Assembly: GCA_964016885.1 (NCBI GenBank)
Contig: OZ024741.1
Coordinates: forward strand, 301,692,001 to 301,756,000
DNA from: Eledone cirrhosa
Lineage: Eukaryota
DNA length: 64,000 nt
Reading direction: 5' to 3'
The translations under genes and the position numbers were made by a program. The stretch's first letter is position 1. Each line of letters opens with the position of its first letter. This document shows, one piece after another, positions 26,757-41,200 of this stretch. The notes under the pieces are model-generated. The model was given only the letters and a program-made list of their open reading frames with translations. It ran no database searches and had not been told where the DNA came from.

Positions 26757-27284
26757 TTCTTAACGCATGGTTAAAATTATTGAAAGAATTTATTGACCCG
26801 CGTGAATATTATTTTATTTTTTTATGTTTTGCGATGACCTCCCCTTTCCGCTTGATGACAGTTTGAGATTTCTCATTTTGAGACTGCTGGAATTTCAAAT
26901 TTGGCGGTCATTCTGGCACGGAGGGGTACCATCGCTGAACATTAATATCGGTAAGGTTTTTTTTACCGATATTTGTCAAGCATCCACTGATGATTTATAA
27001 GTGCCCACCTACATATATTCCTACGGACTATGTGTAGGCTTCTACATAACCTAGACATTATTTTCCCAATTTGTAGAAAACTTATAATGAAACGATCGTT
27101 TGGAAAGAGAGATGTATTTTAATTATGTCTCATATAAAATAACACAACTGGCTATCCGCAAAATACGTATAGTTAGCACCCCAAACGTATAATTGGGATT
27201 ATACTAAGGTATATCCTAATGTTTGTTGAGTGAGACGGAAGCCAGTCGGAGTATTGCTTAAAGCTTTCTCTGTTAATGTATTAA

Positions 27285-27536
<252 letters not shown>

Positions 27537-27788
27537 ATAATACATACAGCGAGAGGTTCAGAGGGAGAGTGAGAGAGAGCAGAGCAGAATATCATTTTAA
27601 TTTAATGCATTTAGGTTCGATATAGATTGAAGAAAATATGAAAGAAAATTGTTGCAATTGGTTTAAAGGAATTTAAAGTAAAATAAAAATATTAATAAAT
27701 ACAAAGACCAAGATGATGATCCCGCTTAGGGTGAAAGCAATCATTCAATGTTTAAACCTTTAATTTGTGCTAATAATGAATATGTATA

Positions 27789-27824
<36 letters not shown>

Positions 27825-27865
27825 CACCCTGCCTGTCCTCTCAATATTTCTACTTTCTCATTCTT

Positions 27866-27901
27866 TCTTCTGATGAAGGACTAGCATCCGAAACGTTAAG
27901 A
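27866..27901 (+). ncRNA. Minimal hammerhead ribozyme in a short solo pLTR (~27822-27965)
   Basis: tctt-CTGATGA-a-gga-ctagca-tcc-GAAA-cg-TT-aaga. Confidence 0.75.
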
Positions 27902-27961
27902 CACTCTTCCTACTATTTTAAGCGTTAAACTGTGCCATTTGTTTTGTTATTTCTGTTTACC

Positions 27962-28808
<847 letters not shown>

Positions 28809-28875
28809 TATATATATATATATATATAAATATATATATATAAAACGAAGCCAAATTTAACATGTTTGACTTACT

Positions 28876-28964
<89 letters not shown>

Positions 28965-28969
<5 letters not shown>

Positions 28970-29238
28970 AGTAAGTCAAACATGTTAAATTTGGCTCCGT
29001 TTTCCATTGAGACTTAAGTCTGCTACTGTTTGAAGCGGTCAACGCGTGGTGGAGCAAGATAAATTTTGAAGTGTCGGTAAACAACCAACACATACTCAAA
29101 AGAAATCTTGCTCCACCACGTGTTGAGCGCTTCAAATAGTAGCGGACTTAAGTCGCAATGGAAAACAAACCCAAATTTAACGTTTGTCTTACTTATTTTA
29201 CATTACTTCGGAGTAAACAAACCAACCTGCTCAAAAAA
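28965..29238 (+). mobile_element. HHR-less non-autonomous fold-back element sharing the family B 3' end
   Basis: Arms ~28965-29060 / 29105-29198. cggagtaaacaaaccaacctgc and caaccaacacatactcaaaa match the family B tail at 9870-9958. Confidence 0.7.
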
Positions 29239-29675
29239 AATATATATATATATATATATATACAAACAGATACAGAGAAAGAGAAAGTGAGATAATGAAA
29301 GAAAAGCATCTATATAGTTCACGGTATTTAATCCAAATTCGAGTAATAAAAAATGGCTGCTGTAAATGCGTTAATACAGTAAGTTGCAAATTCACAAGGC
29401 AATCAAATTCTTATATATTCATTGCAGTTTATAAGTATTTACTAGGGGCATTGTTAACGTTCTGGATCGATTATCTACGAACATGCAGCTACTAGTCTAC
29501 TTATCTGTTTCATCCCCAGGATATTTTCGATGTTCTTATGCTTCTAATCCCTGCTATACCGCAGAGAGTTCTTAAATAATTATCTATTCCAAGGCTTTCT
29601 TTTGTTTTGCTTGTTTATCTATTTGTGTGTATGTGTATGTGTGTGTGAGAAGGAGAGTGCGTGTGTATGTGTGTC

Positions 29676-29810
<135 letters not shown>

Positions 29811-29914
29811 TTAGCAGACTGTATGTAATCAAATATACCCTGTACTGAGTATATCGTTATACAATACTGTTCTGTTAATGACATTATCCTCAATTAAAAC
29901 GTTGCTATAGTGAG

Positions 29915-30125
29915 GGAGGTGGATTGGAAGTATCAGTTGATTGCCAGACAAAATGTTTTGCATTAGGTACGACATTCTTCGTTTTGATTTCAAATCCCGC
30001 CGAGGTTAGCTTTGATTTTCATCTGGAATCGATAAAATAAAGTTCCAGTTAAATACTAGGGTCGATATAAGTGACTTTTCCTTTCCCCTAAATTACTGGT
30101 CTTGTGCCAATGCTAGAAAGAAGTA
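29915..30125 (+). mobile_element. tRNA-derived SINE (octopus-type), decayed
   Basis: B-box-like ttcaaatcccgccgagg, then gataaaataaag..ccag...ggtcgat...cttgtgccaa body shared with the copies at 30140, 43845 and 45880. Confidence 0.75.
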
Positions 30126-30139
30126 CTATGCTCCGCTAG

Positions 30140-30330
30140 GGTTATGGATTGACACAATATTTCAAGTGTCGGATAAAATGCTTTATGACATTTAGTTACG
30201 GCTCTTTGAGTCCTGGGTTCAAATCCCGTCGCGATCATTTTTACTTTCATCCTTCCAAGGATTCTTAAAATATAATACCAGCCAAGTACTGGGTTTGGTG
30301 TAATTGGACTTACCTTTCCCCTAAATTATG
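30140..30330 (+). mobile_element. tRNA-derived SINE, second tandem copy
   Basis: gggttcaaatcccg B-box; tttcatcc...taccagccaagtactggg body. Confidence 0.7.
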
Positions 30331-30335
30331 ATGTA

Positions 30336-30490
30336 CTGTATTTCGCGGCGTTGAAGATGCTACTTTTTTCCTAAAATAAGTCTAAAAAATCTACTATGCG
30401 TCCTGACGGTCGAAGGTTGTTTAATATATTTTTTTCAAATTTTTGGTTGTCAAAATTAGAGTGCGTCCTCAAGGACGCCGCGAAATATGG
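30336..30490. mobile_element. Tc1/mariner-pogo-type MITE with TA target-site duplication
   Basis: TA-ctgtatttcgcggcgt ... acgccgcgaaatatgg-TA terminal inverted repeats. Confidence 0.8.
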
Positions 30491-32029
30491 TACCAGGATC
30501 AACAAAATTTGATCAGACCTCTGGAAAAAAGCATCCTTGTTCTTACCATATATTATTCATGCGCCGTGATTTCAAAGTTACATTGTCTATTGTTGTTTTA
30601 AGACGTTTATTTAAGGTAGTTGGGTTTTTAGGTATTTTAGGTATTTTAGGTATTTCTACTTTGCAAGCATTAATATTTGTACTAGAAATAGACATTGGAG
30701 TCAGAGATATCTAGAGCTCGTGAATATTTGCTTGCCATAATGCTGGTTTAGATGATATGCACTGTTCACTGTTTCCTTATTTCGTTTATTTAAAAATCAT
30801 TTCAGCACAATATTGTCAATAGCATCAAATCCATAATCTCCTCATGATTTTCAAGTTCGAAAGGTACCGTCCATATTTTGATCAATTATATCATAGCTAG
30901 TGTATTAAGTATGTTTTATTTATATTCTCTACAATGTCGACATATGTTTGTTTGTATCCAAAATTATATGTATATTTTTAATAGTAGTTATGTTCACTAC
31001 TTATTTTTAGAAAATATCATCTGCGTTTTATTTTCTAAAGTACAACTGAATGCAACCTTTTTAGGTTTTGATATTCTTATTTTCACAATATTAGCCAGTC
31101 AATTAAAGATAACAGGCTACATTTTTTTAAGATTTGCCTATAACATAAGACTAATTCATTCTTTTTCTGTATTCGTATCAATTTTCCTCTATATTACATA
31201 ACCTTATATATTATCAGGCTGGATCGTGGATTCATACGTTTAAGAGAGCTATAAAACATATATAAGTTTACGATTTTGCACTGTTATGTCAAAATGTAAC
31301 TGCAGTGTGCTTAAGATTATGGTTAAAGTTCGGGATCGTAAATTGTTTTCACACTTCCGTTTTAAAAGCTAACCGAACTCTAGAATTGTGCGGTATTTAT
31401 ATCATCTGTTCTTCTCATAAGATTTTTTTTTTCATTCCTGGTAGTAATTTTATTTCGTGATGATTTATAATAATATTATCATGGTTATTTCAGAATAAGT
31501 CTATGATATTTCAATAATAATGAAATGTGATGAGAAAGCAATCTTTTCTCTGGAGTCTAAAAGATATATATTTTAACAGATTTGCCCTTGCATGCAATTC
31601 CTATGTTCCGATCATTCAATATATTGACATCACGTGACAAGAATTGCTGGCAATATGCCACATATAATGAATGTCGATGTTGTAGTGTGGAAACATAATA
31701 TAATTTACTCACATAAATTCCAGTATTATTTAGCAGCAAGTTTCTTAATCGTTATCTTTCACGTGCAATTTATCGAGACAAAAACACACACACATACACA
31801 CACACACTCACACACACACACGCACACATGCACACACACATATATATATATATATAAGCAACCAACACATACTCAACTCTATATGTGTGTGTGTTTGCAG
31901 CCATCATGTATGTATATGCATGTATGTATATACTCAACTTCCAAATAGCAATTCAGAAAAATTATACACTACAGAGAATATATATATTAATTCATTAACA
32001 TAACAAATTAAAGTTTAAGCAAAGAATCG

Positions 32030-32200
32030 CTGCTTTCACCCTTAACGGGATCTTCTGAAACAGTTTCAGAAGATCCCATTAAGGGGGAAAGCAGGTTATT
32101 TAATAAATATTTGCTCTACGGTTTTATATATATTTATATATATATTATCCTTATCGAGCCCTCTTCGGATTTTAGTCTTCACATTTATTATTATTACTAT
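32030..32200 (+). mobile_element. Very short fold-back (32030-32094) + tail, with degenerate HHR core CAGAAGA..GAAA
   Basis: ctgctttcacccttaacgggatcttctgaaac-a-gtttcagaagatcccattaagggggaaagcag. Tail-like pieces recur at 12632-12720, 48245-48300 (-) and 51437-51472 (-). Confidence 0.65.
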
Positions 32201-32299
32201 ATATATTAGTTTAACGCTTGATATAGTAGCAAGGTAGAATGAGAAATGAAAGAATAGAAAGATAGAAGAGGGTGAGAAGAGGAAAGAGGCAGAAACGGC

Positions 32300-32830
32300 A
32301 ACAAGATTTTTAAGAAAAGGTACGTCTGGTCAGAATGCATCTTACATATTAGATGGAGTTTGAGAGGGAGATAATCGTTGTGTGTTTTGAGTGTGCGTAT
32401 TTCTGCGTATATATACAGGCGCACATACAAGTATAACCACACGTAAGGTGTTGTAGGCAAACTGTGGCGAGTTGATCGCCGCCCTGTCTCATATCATGGG
32501 TATGCCCGTAAGGAGAACACCGGAACACATAGGGAACGTTGGTGGGGATGCACGTGAAAGAGTGACGAATCTGAAAGGAGTGATTCAGACATGTGAGGGT
32601 GGTGAGTTTGGTTATGCAGGAACAGGTATTAGAGTGAGAGCGAGAGCAGGGATGGAAACCACGTGTATTCCTAAGGGAGGAAAGGGAGGAACTATGCATA
32701 CAAAGGTCGCGGAGACTACGGGTGCCCTTAAAGGCAGTTATTCGTGGGATGAGACAGAAATGAGGATTCGGAAGCAAAGAAGGATACGGTACCGGATGAG
32801 TCAGTGTTGCAAGGTAATCGACTCGATATT
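32300..32830 (-). pseudogene. Decayed Neptune-like PLE linker/GIY-YIG fragment
   Basis: TAFKGTRSLRD..MHSS...GFHPCSR...TC...FQIRHSFTC..TNV.Y.FRC pattern, parallel to the ORF at 48345. Confidence 0.7.
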
Positions 32831-33047
32831 CTGATAGTGCCTTCTTTCAAGGACCTCAACATCCCTCACATACATCCTCCATAGTAGACACAAGATTTAA
32901 CGAAGGCACTGCTGCTGCAAAAGGCTCCAGTTGTTTTAGATGCCTCCAGTAAATAACCCACGTCTCACAAGCAGACAGTAGAAATGTCAATACACAATAA
33001 CTTTAGTATTAATAGGGATACCTCACTGGGGGAACCATAGTCGCATA

Positions 33048-33116
<69 letters not shown>

Positions 33117-33195
33117 GCGCGCGCACATATATACATACATACATACATACATACATACATACATACATACATACATACATACATACATACATACA

Positions 33196-33756
33196 TGGTG
33201 GCTGCCAACTCGTTTTCGAGTACGGCCACTACTTTATATCCATGTAGGGATCCCCTACCGATGCACTGAACGAGTGTGACTTTTTAGTCCAGCCAGCGAC
33301 TTGAAAACTCTGGTACAAACACTACCCTTGTGACAATTACTGACACATAGTGCTGGGCCCATGGTACCATGTGATGACAAGTGCAGAGAGATCTCCAGAT
33401 ATAAAGCAATGCCTGTGCCGTGAAATTTTTATAGTGAGCAAAGGCACTGTACAAAGCCAGTCCCACTCTCTTAACCAACATGATATTTACCAAAAAAGAA
33501 GAACAAGTCAACATCATTGGATACCATCAGGGTTGCAGGTGTTATATCAGAGTTTTCTTTCTCCTAGAATTCTGCCTTGACAAAGGCTAAGGGGTCATCT
33601 CTCCTGGTGATTTTGGATGGCCATTGACTCTTAAGAGCTCCTTTTCCCTTTGACAGGTTTTGTTTTTAGTCCTGCAGGATGTCCAAAGTCACCCTCCTCA
33701 CCAAGAAACCTTGGTGGGGTTGCCAGTTTACTCGCCAACGACCCGACCATGAGACA
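33196..33756 (-). mobile_element. Non-autonomous RTE-related retroposon (~560 bp) with (ATGT)n tail
   Basis: The minus strand has RTE-5'UTR-like ggacatcc..taaaaac and ctaggagaaagaaaactctga, a 3' stem-loop, then (ATGT)n. The 3' end is repeated at 3458. Confidence 0.55.
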
Positions 33757-36131
33757 AACATTACTGATCCCCAAGAACAAAAGCACCCACTTGGCAAAGG
33801 ACTATCGACCCATTGCATGCCAGAACCTGATGTATAAGATGTATACAGCCTGCCTGAACCTATTCCTTCAAGATCACTGTGAAAATAATAACATCATCAC
33901 AGATGAACAAGCATCTGGAAAGAAAGGGGTTTGGGGCTGTGCTGAACAGCTCCTAATCAACAAAACTGCGATGTCGGAGGTGCCACAACTTAGGAGGAAT
34001 ATGGCTACAGTCTGGCTGGACTACAGGAAAGCTTTCGATTCTGTTCCCCACTCTTGGATGATAGAGGCTCTCCAACTTGCTAAAGTCCCAGACATTATTG
34101 TCAGAGCCATAGAGAGGCTGTCTTCTTCTTGGGCTACTATCCTAAGGTTAAATACAAAGAGGGAGGATTCTATTCTCACTGATAAAATAAAATATTTCAG
34201 GGGTATATTTCAGGGGACAGTCTCTCTGTGATATTATTCATCTTGTCATTAAACCCCTTGTCCTTTCTGCTCAAGAAATGTGAGGGATACATCATTGGCT
34301 CACAGGAGGACAGAAATACGAACCTAACCCATAATTTCTTTGTGGACGATCTGAAATTCTATGCCAAGAACATGGATGGGATGAAGAAAAATCTTGACCT
34401 GGTTACAATGTTCCCAAAGGATATAGGAATGGAGTTTGGCCAAGATAAATGCTCATACATGACTGTAAAGCGGGGAAAAACAACAACCCAATCTAGCAAC
34501 ATTGTCTTCAATGTCCTAACTGTTTCACCGATATCTGATGAGGACTGCTACAGATATCTGGGGATAGATGAGAACATATCCTATAATGGTATCTGTAATA
34601 AAGAACGCGTAACCAGGGAATACTACACCCGATTAAGAAAGATCTGGTCATCGGAACTCTCTGCGCAAAACAAAACAGTGGTTCACAATGTGTTTGCTGT
34701 GCCTGTCCTAACACCAACGTTTGGAAAAGTCAATTGGACGATAGATGAAATCCGAGCAGTTGATGTTGGAACTCGAAAAATACTGAACAACACCGGAAAC
34801 TTCCACATCAACAGTGACATAGACCGCCTTACTTGAAACGTAAGCAGGGAGGCAGAGGCCTAACATCAGTCCAGACAACATGTGAATGTCGCATCATATC
34901 TCTCCGATAACATCTACGGACCTCGAAGCGTAGGAGCCCGTTTCTCGAGCAAGTCTATCTGCATGAAACAGATAAGATCATGAGAGTTGGGAAGGAACTC
35001 CTCGAGAGATATTTCCTGTGTAATAGTCAAAAACTCATACCCAGGGAAGTCGCTCAGCAGTATCGCAGTGAATCGATGGATAAAAAACTGCATACTTATC
35101 AGCAAAGAATCATGCATGCATATGTTGCAAGGAAGCTCCAGAGTGAGAGTAATATAGATAAAGAAATTAGTCTATATTGGACCAACAACGGCGATATTAG
35201 TCCCCACTTTGAAGGATACGATTTTGCAATCCAAGAACAGGAGTTTAACACGAAATATCTGATTCACAAATGAGATAGGGATGCAGGCAAAACACCTAGA
35301 TGTGATAACAAGTGTAGACTGCAAAACTAACATCGAGGATATCACCCATGTCATCAGCAGCTGTCCAAAGATGTCATTTCGGTACTATCTACCTATGAGG
35401 CATGATGTAGTGGCCAAAATACTGTACAATGCAGTTCTTTAAAAGGATAGCCCCGATAATAAACACATTAAAAGCTACAGCAGTGTGGAAGACATCCATG
35501 TACATAATATGAAGGAGTACTGGTGGAATGTTCCAGTAAAAACCCCAATAAAATGCAGGCATAACAGACCAGATATTATGATATGGGACAGGGAGAAGAA
35601 AACATGCACAGTAGTGGAAATTAGCTGCCCAGCAGATGCCAATATAATATCAAAGATTAGTGAAAAGGAGAATATTTATGCAGAACTGATGAGAAATCTG
35701 CAGATACTCCACCCTGATTACACCTTCAGATTTATGGCTGTGATTATTGGGGCACTGGGGTATGTTAGTAACTGCCTCAATACAAATCTTGAGAAGCTAA
35801 GCTTCACAGGAACTGAAAGAACACAACTAGTTAGGAAATTACAAGTACAATCCATTAATGGAACAGTAAAAATATGTAATATATTCCAAAACTTTTGCAT
35901 CTAATAACTGCACATACACATGTACAGATGCAAAGCATATACACATGCACACATACAACTCAAAACATACACATCCACACATACAATAACATTCATATCT
36001 ACACATGCATGCATACATATCTACCTAGTTGATGTTGTGTAAATTCCAATGAGAGAGTCTTTTGTCTATGTTAGAAACCGACTCTCTCTTTAATGGTAAA
36101 ACTTTGTGAAATTATAAAACCAGAAGAATTT
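33752..36131 (+). mobile_element. 5'-truncated R4/Dong-clade non-LTR retrotransposon (RT, CCHC, RLE), frameshifted
   Basis: YRPIACQNLMYK, WLDYRKAFDSVPH, GIFQGDSLS, FFVDDLK, YRYLG, CRLCK..EDITHVISSC, RHD, HNRPDI..WD, VVEISCP. Ends in (CATA)n. Confidence 0.92.
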
Positions 36132-36411
36132 CATACATACATACACACCACACACATACATACATACACTCATGCATGCATACAAATATACATATATATT
36201 TACATACGTTTATATTTAGACATTGCTCTTCAAGCAAGTATTAATTATGAATTGAGCAGATAGATTGTGAACTGTGAATAATACAATGTTATTATTTTGG
36301 GGGGGCGGGGGGTAGTATTCGTTTTTTTTTTAAAACACATTTATCATTTATAGTAAAGTGTATTTGCAAGAGTGTGTATTGATGTAGAGGGTGAAGGAGG
36401 TCACTTAATTG

Positions 36412-36690
36412 ATGTGGAGACAATAAAAGAACAATGAAGAAGTAGCACTTGTTTTTCGTTCTTGGCCCAAAATATTGAATAGTGTCAGTAAAGTAGGTTA
36501 AACTAAAAGGTTAAACTTGTATCTATTGTGCCGGGGATAAAAACAGTATACACAGAATGACGAACAAAACAAAGAGTGAAGGGGAAGAATTAGAATATAT
36601 GTTATAGAAAAGCGGTGAATAAAATAGAAGCAGCGAAAAGACAGGAAATTAATACGTTGAAAATATAGGAATGTAAATATGTAGATCATA
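36412..36690. repeat. Diverged interspersed repeat, homologous to 47150-47490
   Basis: Shared gtggaga..caatgaagaagt.gcacttgt..tcgt.cttg.cc..atattgaata...aactaaaaggttaaa. Confidence 0.65.
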
Positions 36691-36755
36691 CATACATACA
36701 TACATACATACATACATACATACATACATACATACATACATACATACATACATAC

Positions 36756-38142
36756 AGTCAGGTGACAACTACAGATATCTTGGACAGGATGAGAATGTCA
36801 GATATGATGGACCCATAAATAAGGAGAGAACCAGAACTGAATACCTCAGAAGAGTAAAGAAAATATGATCATCAGAACTGTCAGCGTACAACAAATACAT
36901 TGCCCACAATACTTATGCTGTGCCAATTCTAACGCCAACATTTGGCCTACTGAACTGGTCATTGCAAGAACTAAGTGAGATGGATGTTAGAACTCGAAAA
37001 CTTCTCAGTGTTACTGGGAACTTTAACATCAATGGTGATGTGGATAGGCTATACTTCTCACGCAAGGAAGGTGGCCGGGGTCTAAAATCAATATTAACAA
37101 CATATGAGACCCAGATAGTAACACTGAAGCAACCATCTTGCCCAGGTTTATGAGCATGAAAAAAGAAATATCATTAGAATAGCGACTGATCTGGAGGAGA
37201 GATATGGAATAAAGCCTGATATAAATCTCTCACCCAGAGAAATCGGAAGATCCTATTCAATGTTCAAACAAGATTAAAAAATTGACCAATTTACAAAAAA
37301 AGTTGTGCATGGATACTTGAGGCGTAAAACACAGACCAGAGAGGGGATAAACCACTCAAAAAGCCTGGTATGGAGTTCCGACAAGTTTATGACATCACAC
37401 CTTGAGGGATATCTCTATGCAATACAGGAACAAGAACTCCCTACCAAATATCTGCTGCACAAAAGGGGAGGGCCAGCAGCTGACAATAAATGTAGGCTAT
37501 GTAAAACAAAGATCGAGGATGTAAGCCACATTGTTGCCAGCTGCGAAAGAATGTCATCTCGCTACTACCTCCCCATGAGACACGATGGGATAGCTAGAAC
37601 CATCTGGAACGCACTTCGGAAAACAAAATTAACAACAAATGAGGAAGAATATATTGAGACAGATGGCACTAAGGAATACTGGTGGAACCTGAAAATAAAA
37701 ACTGCCACCAAATTAAAGCACAACCGGCCTGATATTGTAGTTTGGGACCACACATTGAAAACGTGTTCTGTTGTGGAGATCAGCTGCCCACTTGATGTAA
37801 ACGTTGTCAGAAAAATACAGGAGAAGGAGGACATCTGCGGACCATTGATGAGGAGTTTACAAAGCCAGTATCCAAGATACACCTTTAGCTTCATACCCAT
37901 CATTATTGGTGCTACGGGTTATATACCAACCCGCTTGGACCAAAGTATGACTGAACTTGGATTTGCGGACAAAAAGGGCAGCTCCCTAATTCATAGTCTA
38001 CAAATGGCTGCGATAGCTGGCACCTTCAAAATTTGCAAAACATTCTTGCGATTCAAGGGATGACAATTTCTTTTCTTTTACAACCTTGCCACCAGGAAGG
38101 TGGCCGGTAAAAAATATACTCGAAATTAAGAGAAAGAGAAAA
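36756..38142 (+). mobile_element. 5'-truncated R4/Dong LINE, second subfamily, embedded in (CATA)n
   Basis: YRYLG, AVPILTPTFG, DRLY..RKEGGRGL, CRLCKTKIEDVSHIVASC, RHD, HNRPDIVVWD, VEISCP. Has a 3' UTR hairpin gccacc/ggtggc and (CATA)n on both sides. Confidence 0.92.
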
Positions 38143-38299
38143 CATACATACATACATACATACATACATACGTACATCCATACGTACATACATATATGCA
38201 TACACACAGAGTCATATATACATACATACACACACAGTCAACGCGATCAGTCGCATATTTTGGCGTGGGAGACTATTTATTAAATTTAAGATTAATATT

Positions 38300-41200
38300 A
38301 TCCCCAACAGTAATGCCACAACTACAGTCATGTTGAATAACTGGTTATTCTTCTAACTATATCTACTGAAGGCACGTTTTATTCGAATTCGTAGAGATAT
38401 CCGACTAAATACATAATTCATTTTACAAGGATTTGCTACAAGCAGCATGGTGGAACATAACATCAACAACATTAAGGAAGTATCGAAGATAAACAACGAG
38501 AAAGGTAAACAAAATGTATTCAGTTGTAGCTACCTAGATAAGAAAACACCAAGTAGAGACATGATTGTCGGCTACCGGTACAAAAAACTGATATTCTATC
38601 GGAGGTATCTTACTGACCTCTACCAACAAGTTCTTAAGGGAGATACACTTATACCAGAATGGTTGACATTAGCACAAACATTACTGATCCCCAAGAACAA
38701 AGACACCCACTTGGCAAAAAACTACCGACCCATTGCATGCCAGAACCTGATGTATAAGAAACCAAAATTATAAATCGCATTTCTTTTGGAGATGCGAACT
38801 TAATGATGATTTATTTAATTGTTATAAAATGGCAAAAAACAATCCCGCCATTGGCTATATTAACAGAATGAAGCTACACTGGGACGAAATGCACCCATAA
38901 CTAAATTGTTTCACAGCGAAACAATTACGCCAACAAGCGACGTTTGTTGAACGTAAAAATAAGATAAATATTATTGATTGTAAGTCCCCCACAACAAACA
39001 TGGAATCAACAACACGTGCTACAGGTCGCCATGATACTAGACTTCCTAGAAGTCAGGTCGAACAACGCCTTGAAACAACTATGCCTGTAAGAAACTTGAC
39101 ACCACGTGTACCATCTAAGTCTACCTCGAATGCTGGGGAAAACACTAACGATAATAATAATAATCGAAGAAATAATAATAATAATCGAAGAAATTTGACA
39201 CCACGTCTACCGTCTGAGTATACCTCGACTATCGTGGAAAATACTATCGATAATGATTATAATCAAAAGTATAAACAATTGAAAATTTCACTCAACGAAA
39301 TCTTCCAGAGAGAAATTAATTCATGTATAAATATCTCTCTTGCTGAACGTATTAAAACGACAATATTTAATTTTAAAAAAATAAATAATGAAATATTACG
39401 TGTTATTGACGAAATAGTGGATGAATATTTACGACGGATAAAAACCCCAACATTTTAGCAAATCAACGCCTGTTTATGTGCCTTAGCAACGACAGTGAAG
39501 TATTATATTGGTGATAGCAGAGATATTAACAAGAACAGAATACCAACATATATAACTAAAATACCAACATATATAACTAAAATAGAAAAGAAGATTGCTG
39601 ACCTACGAAAAAACATAGGATATGTGACAATCCTCTTTACATGCAAACAAACACACAAAAACCTCACCCACACCAACAAAGAGTGAAAAATAAAATAGAG
39701 ACGATGTTTGGTAACAGTAGAACCAGAACTTTCAATATAAGCTGATCACCCTCAAACAAGAATTGAGAGCTGTTAGCGAAAAACGCCGATACCTGAAGAA
39801 GGTTGATGAGAGAAAAATGCTTAATAAAAGATTCAGACGAAATCAAACATCAGTTTATAGAGATATGAAGAACAAAATAATAAGTGTCAATGAGGCCCCA
39901 TCCCAGAAAGACATAGATTCCTTTTGGAGCAAAATATGGGGTGAAAAGAAGAATTTCAACCAAGATGCAGTGTGGCTAAGAGAAATCCGAAAGAACTATT
40001 GCTCCTACACTACAACAAAAACATACGAAATAAGTGAGGGTATCCTTGAGACTGTGATAGGAAAACTCCAAGATAAGAAAACACCAGGAAGAGACATGAT
40101 TGTCGGCTACTGGTAAAAAAAACTAATATTCTATCGGAGGTATCTTACTGACCTCTACCAACAAGTTCTTAAGTTAGATACACTTATACCAGAATGGTTG
40201 ACATTAGCACAAACATTACTGGTCCCCAAGAACAAAGACACCCGCCTGGCAAAAAACTACCGACCCATTGCATGCCAGAACCTGATGTATAAGATGTATA
40301 CAGCCTGCCTGAACGTATTTTTCGAAGATCACTGTGAAAATAATAACAGCATCACAGATGAGCAAGCAGCTGGAAACAAAAGGGGTTTGGGGATGTGCTG
40401 AACAACTCCTAATCAACAAAACTGCGATGTCAGAGGTGCGAAAACTTAAGAGGAATATGACTACAGTCTGGCTGGACTACAGGAAAGCTTTCGATTCTAT
40501 TCCCCACTCTTGGATGATAGAGGCTCTCCAACTTGCTAAAGTCCCAGACATTATTGTCAGAGCGATAGAGAGGCTGTCTTCTTCTTGGGCTACTATCCTA
40601 AGATTAAAGAAAGAGAGGGAGGACTATATTTTCACTGATAAAATAAAATATTGCAGGGGTATATTTCAGGGGGACAGTCTCTCTGTGATATTATTCATCT
40701 TGTCATTAAACCCCTTGTCCTTTCTGCTCAAGAAATGTGAGGGATATATCATTGGCTCACAGGAGGACAGAAATACGAACCTAACCCAAAATTTCTTTGT
40801 GGACGATCTGAAATTCTATGCCAAGAACATGAATGGGATGAAGAAAAATCTAGACCTGGTTACAACATTCTCAAAGGATATAGGAATGGAGTTTGGCCAA
40901 GATAAATGCTCATACATGACTGTAAAGTGGGAAAAAACAACAACTCAATCTAGCAACATTGTCATCAATGGCATAACTGTTTCACCGATATCTGATGAGG
41001 ACTGCTACAGATACCTGGGGATAGATGATAACATATCCTATAATGGTATCTGTAATAAAGAACGCGTAACCAGGGAATACTACACCTGATTAAGAAAGAT
41101 CTGGTCATCGGAACTCTCTGCGCAAAACAAAACAGTGGCTCATAATGTGTTTGCTGTGCCTGTCCTAACACCAACGTTTCGAATACTCAATTGGACGATA

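Noticed and set aside
33196-33756. HDV-like ribozyme at either end of the RTE-related element
   Set aside because: I could not assemble the nested double pseudoknot or the L3 motif by eye.
38340-38405. Possible hammerhead at the Dong LINE 5' UTR (ctgaagg here, ctgatga at ~53634, then gaattcg)
   Set aside because: There is no convincing stem II, the sequence reads GAAT rather than GAAA, and the two copies disagree.
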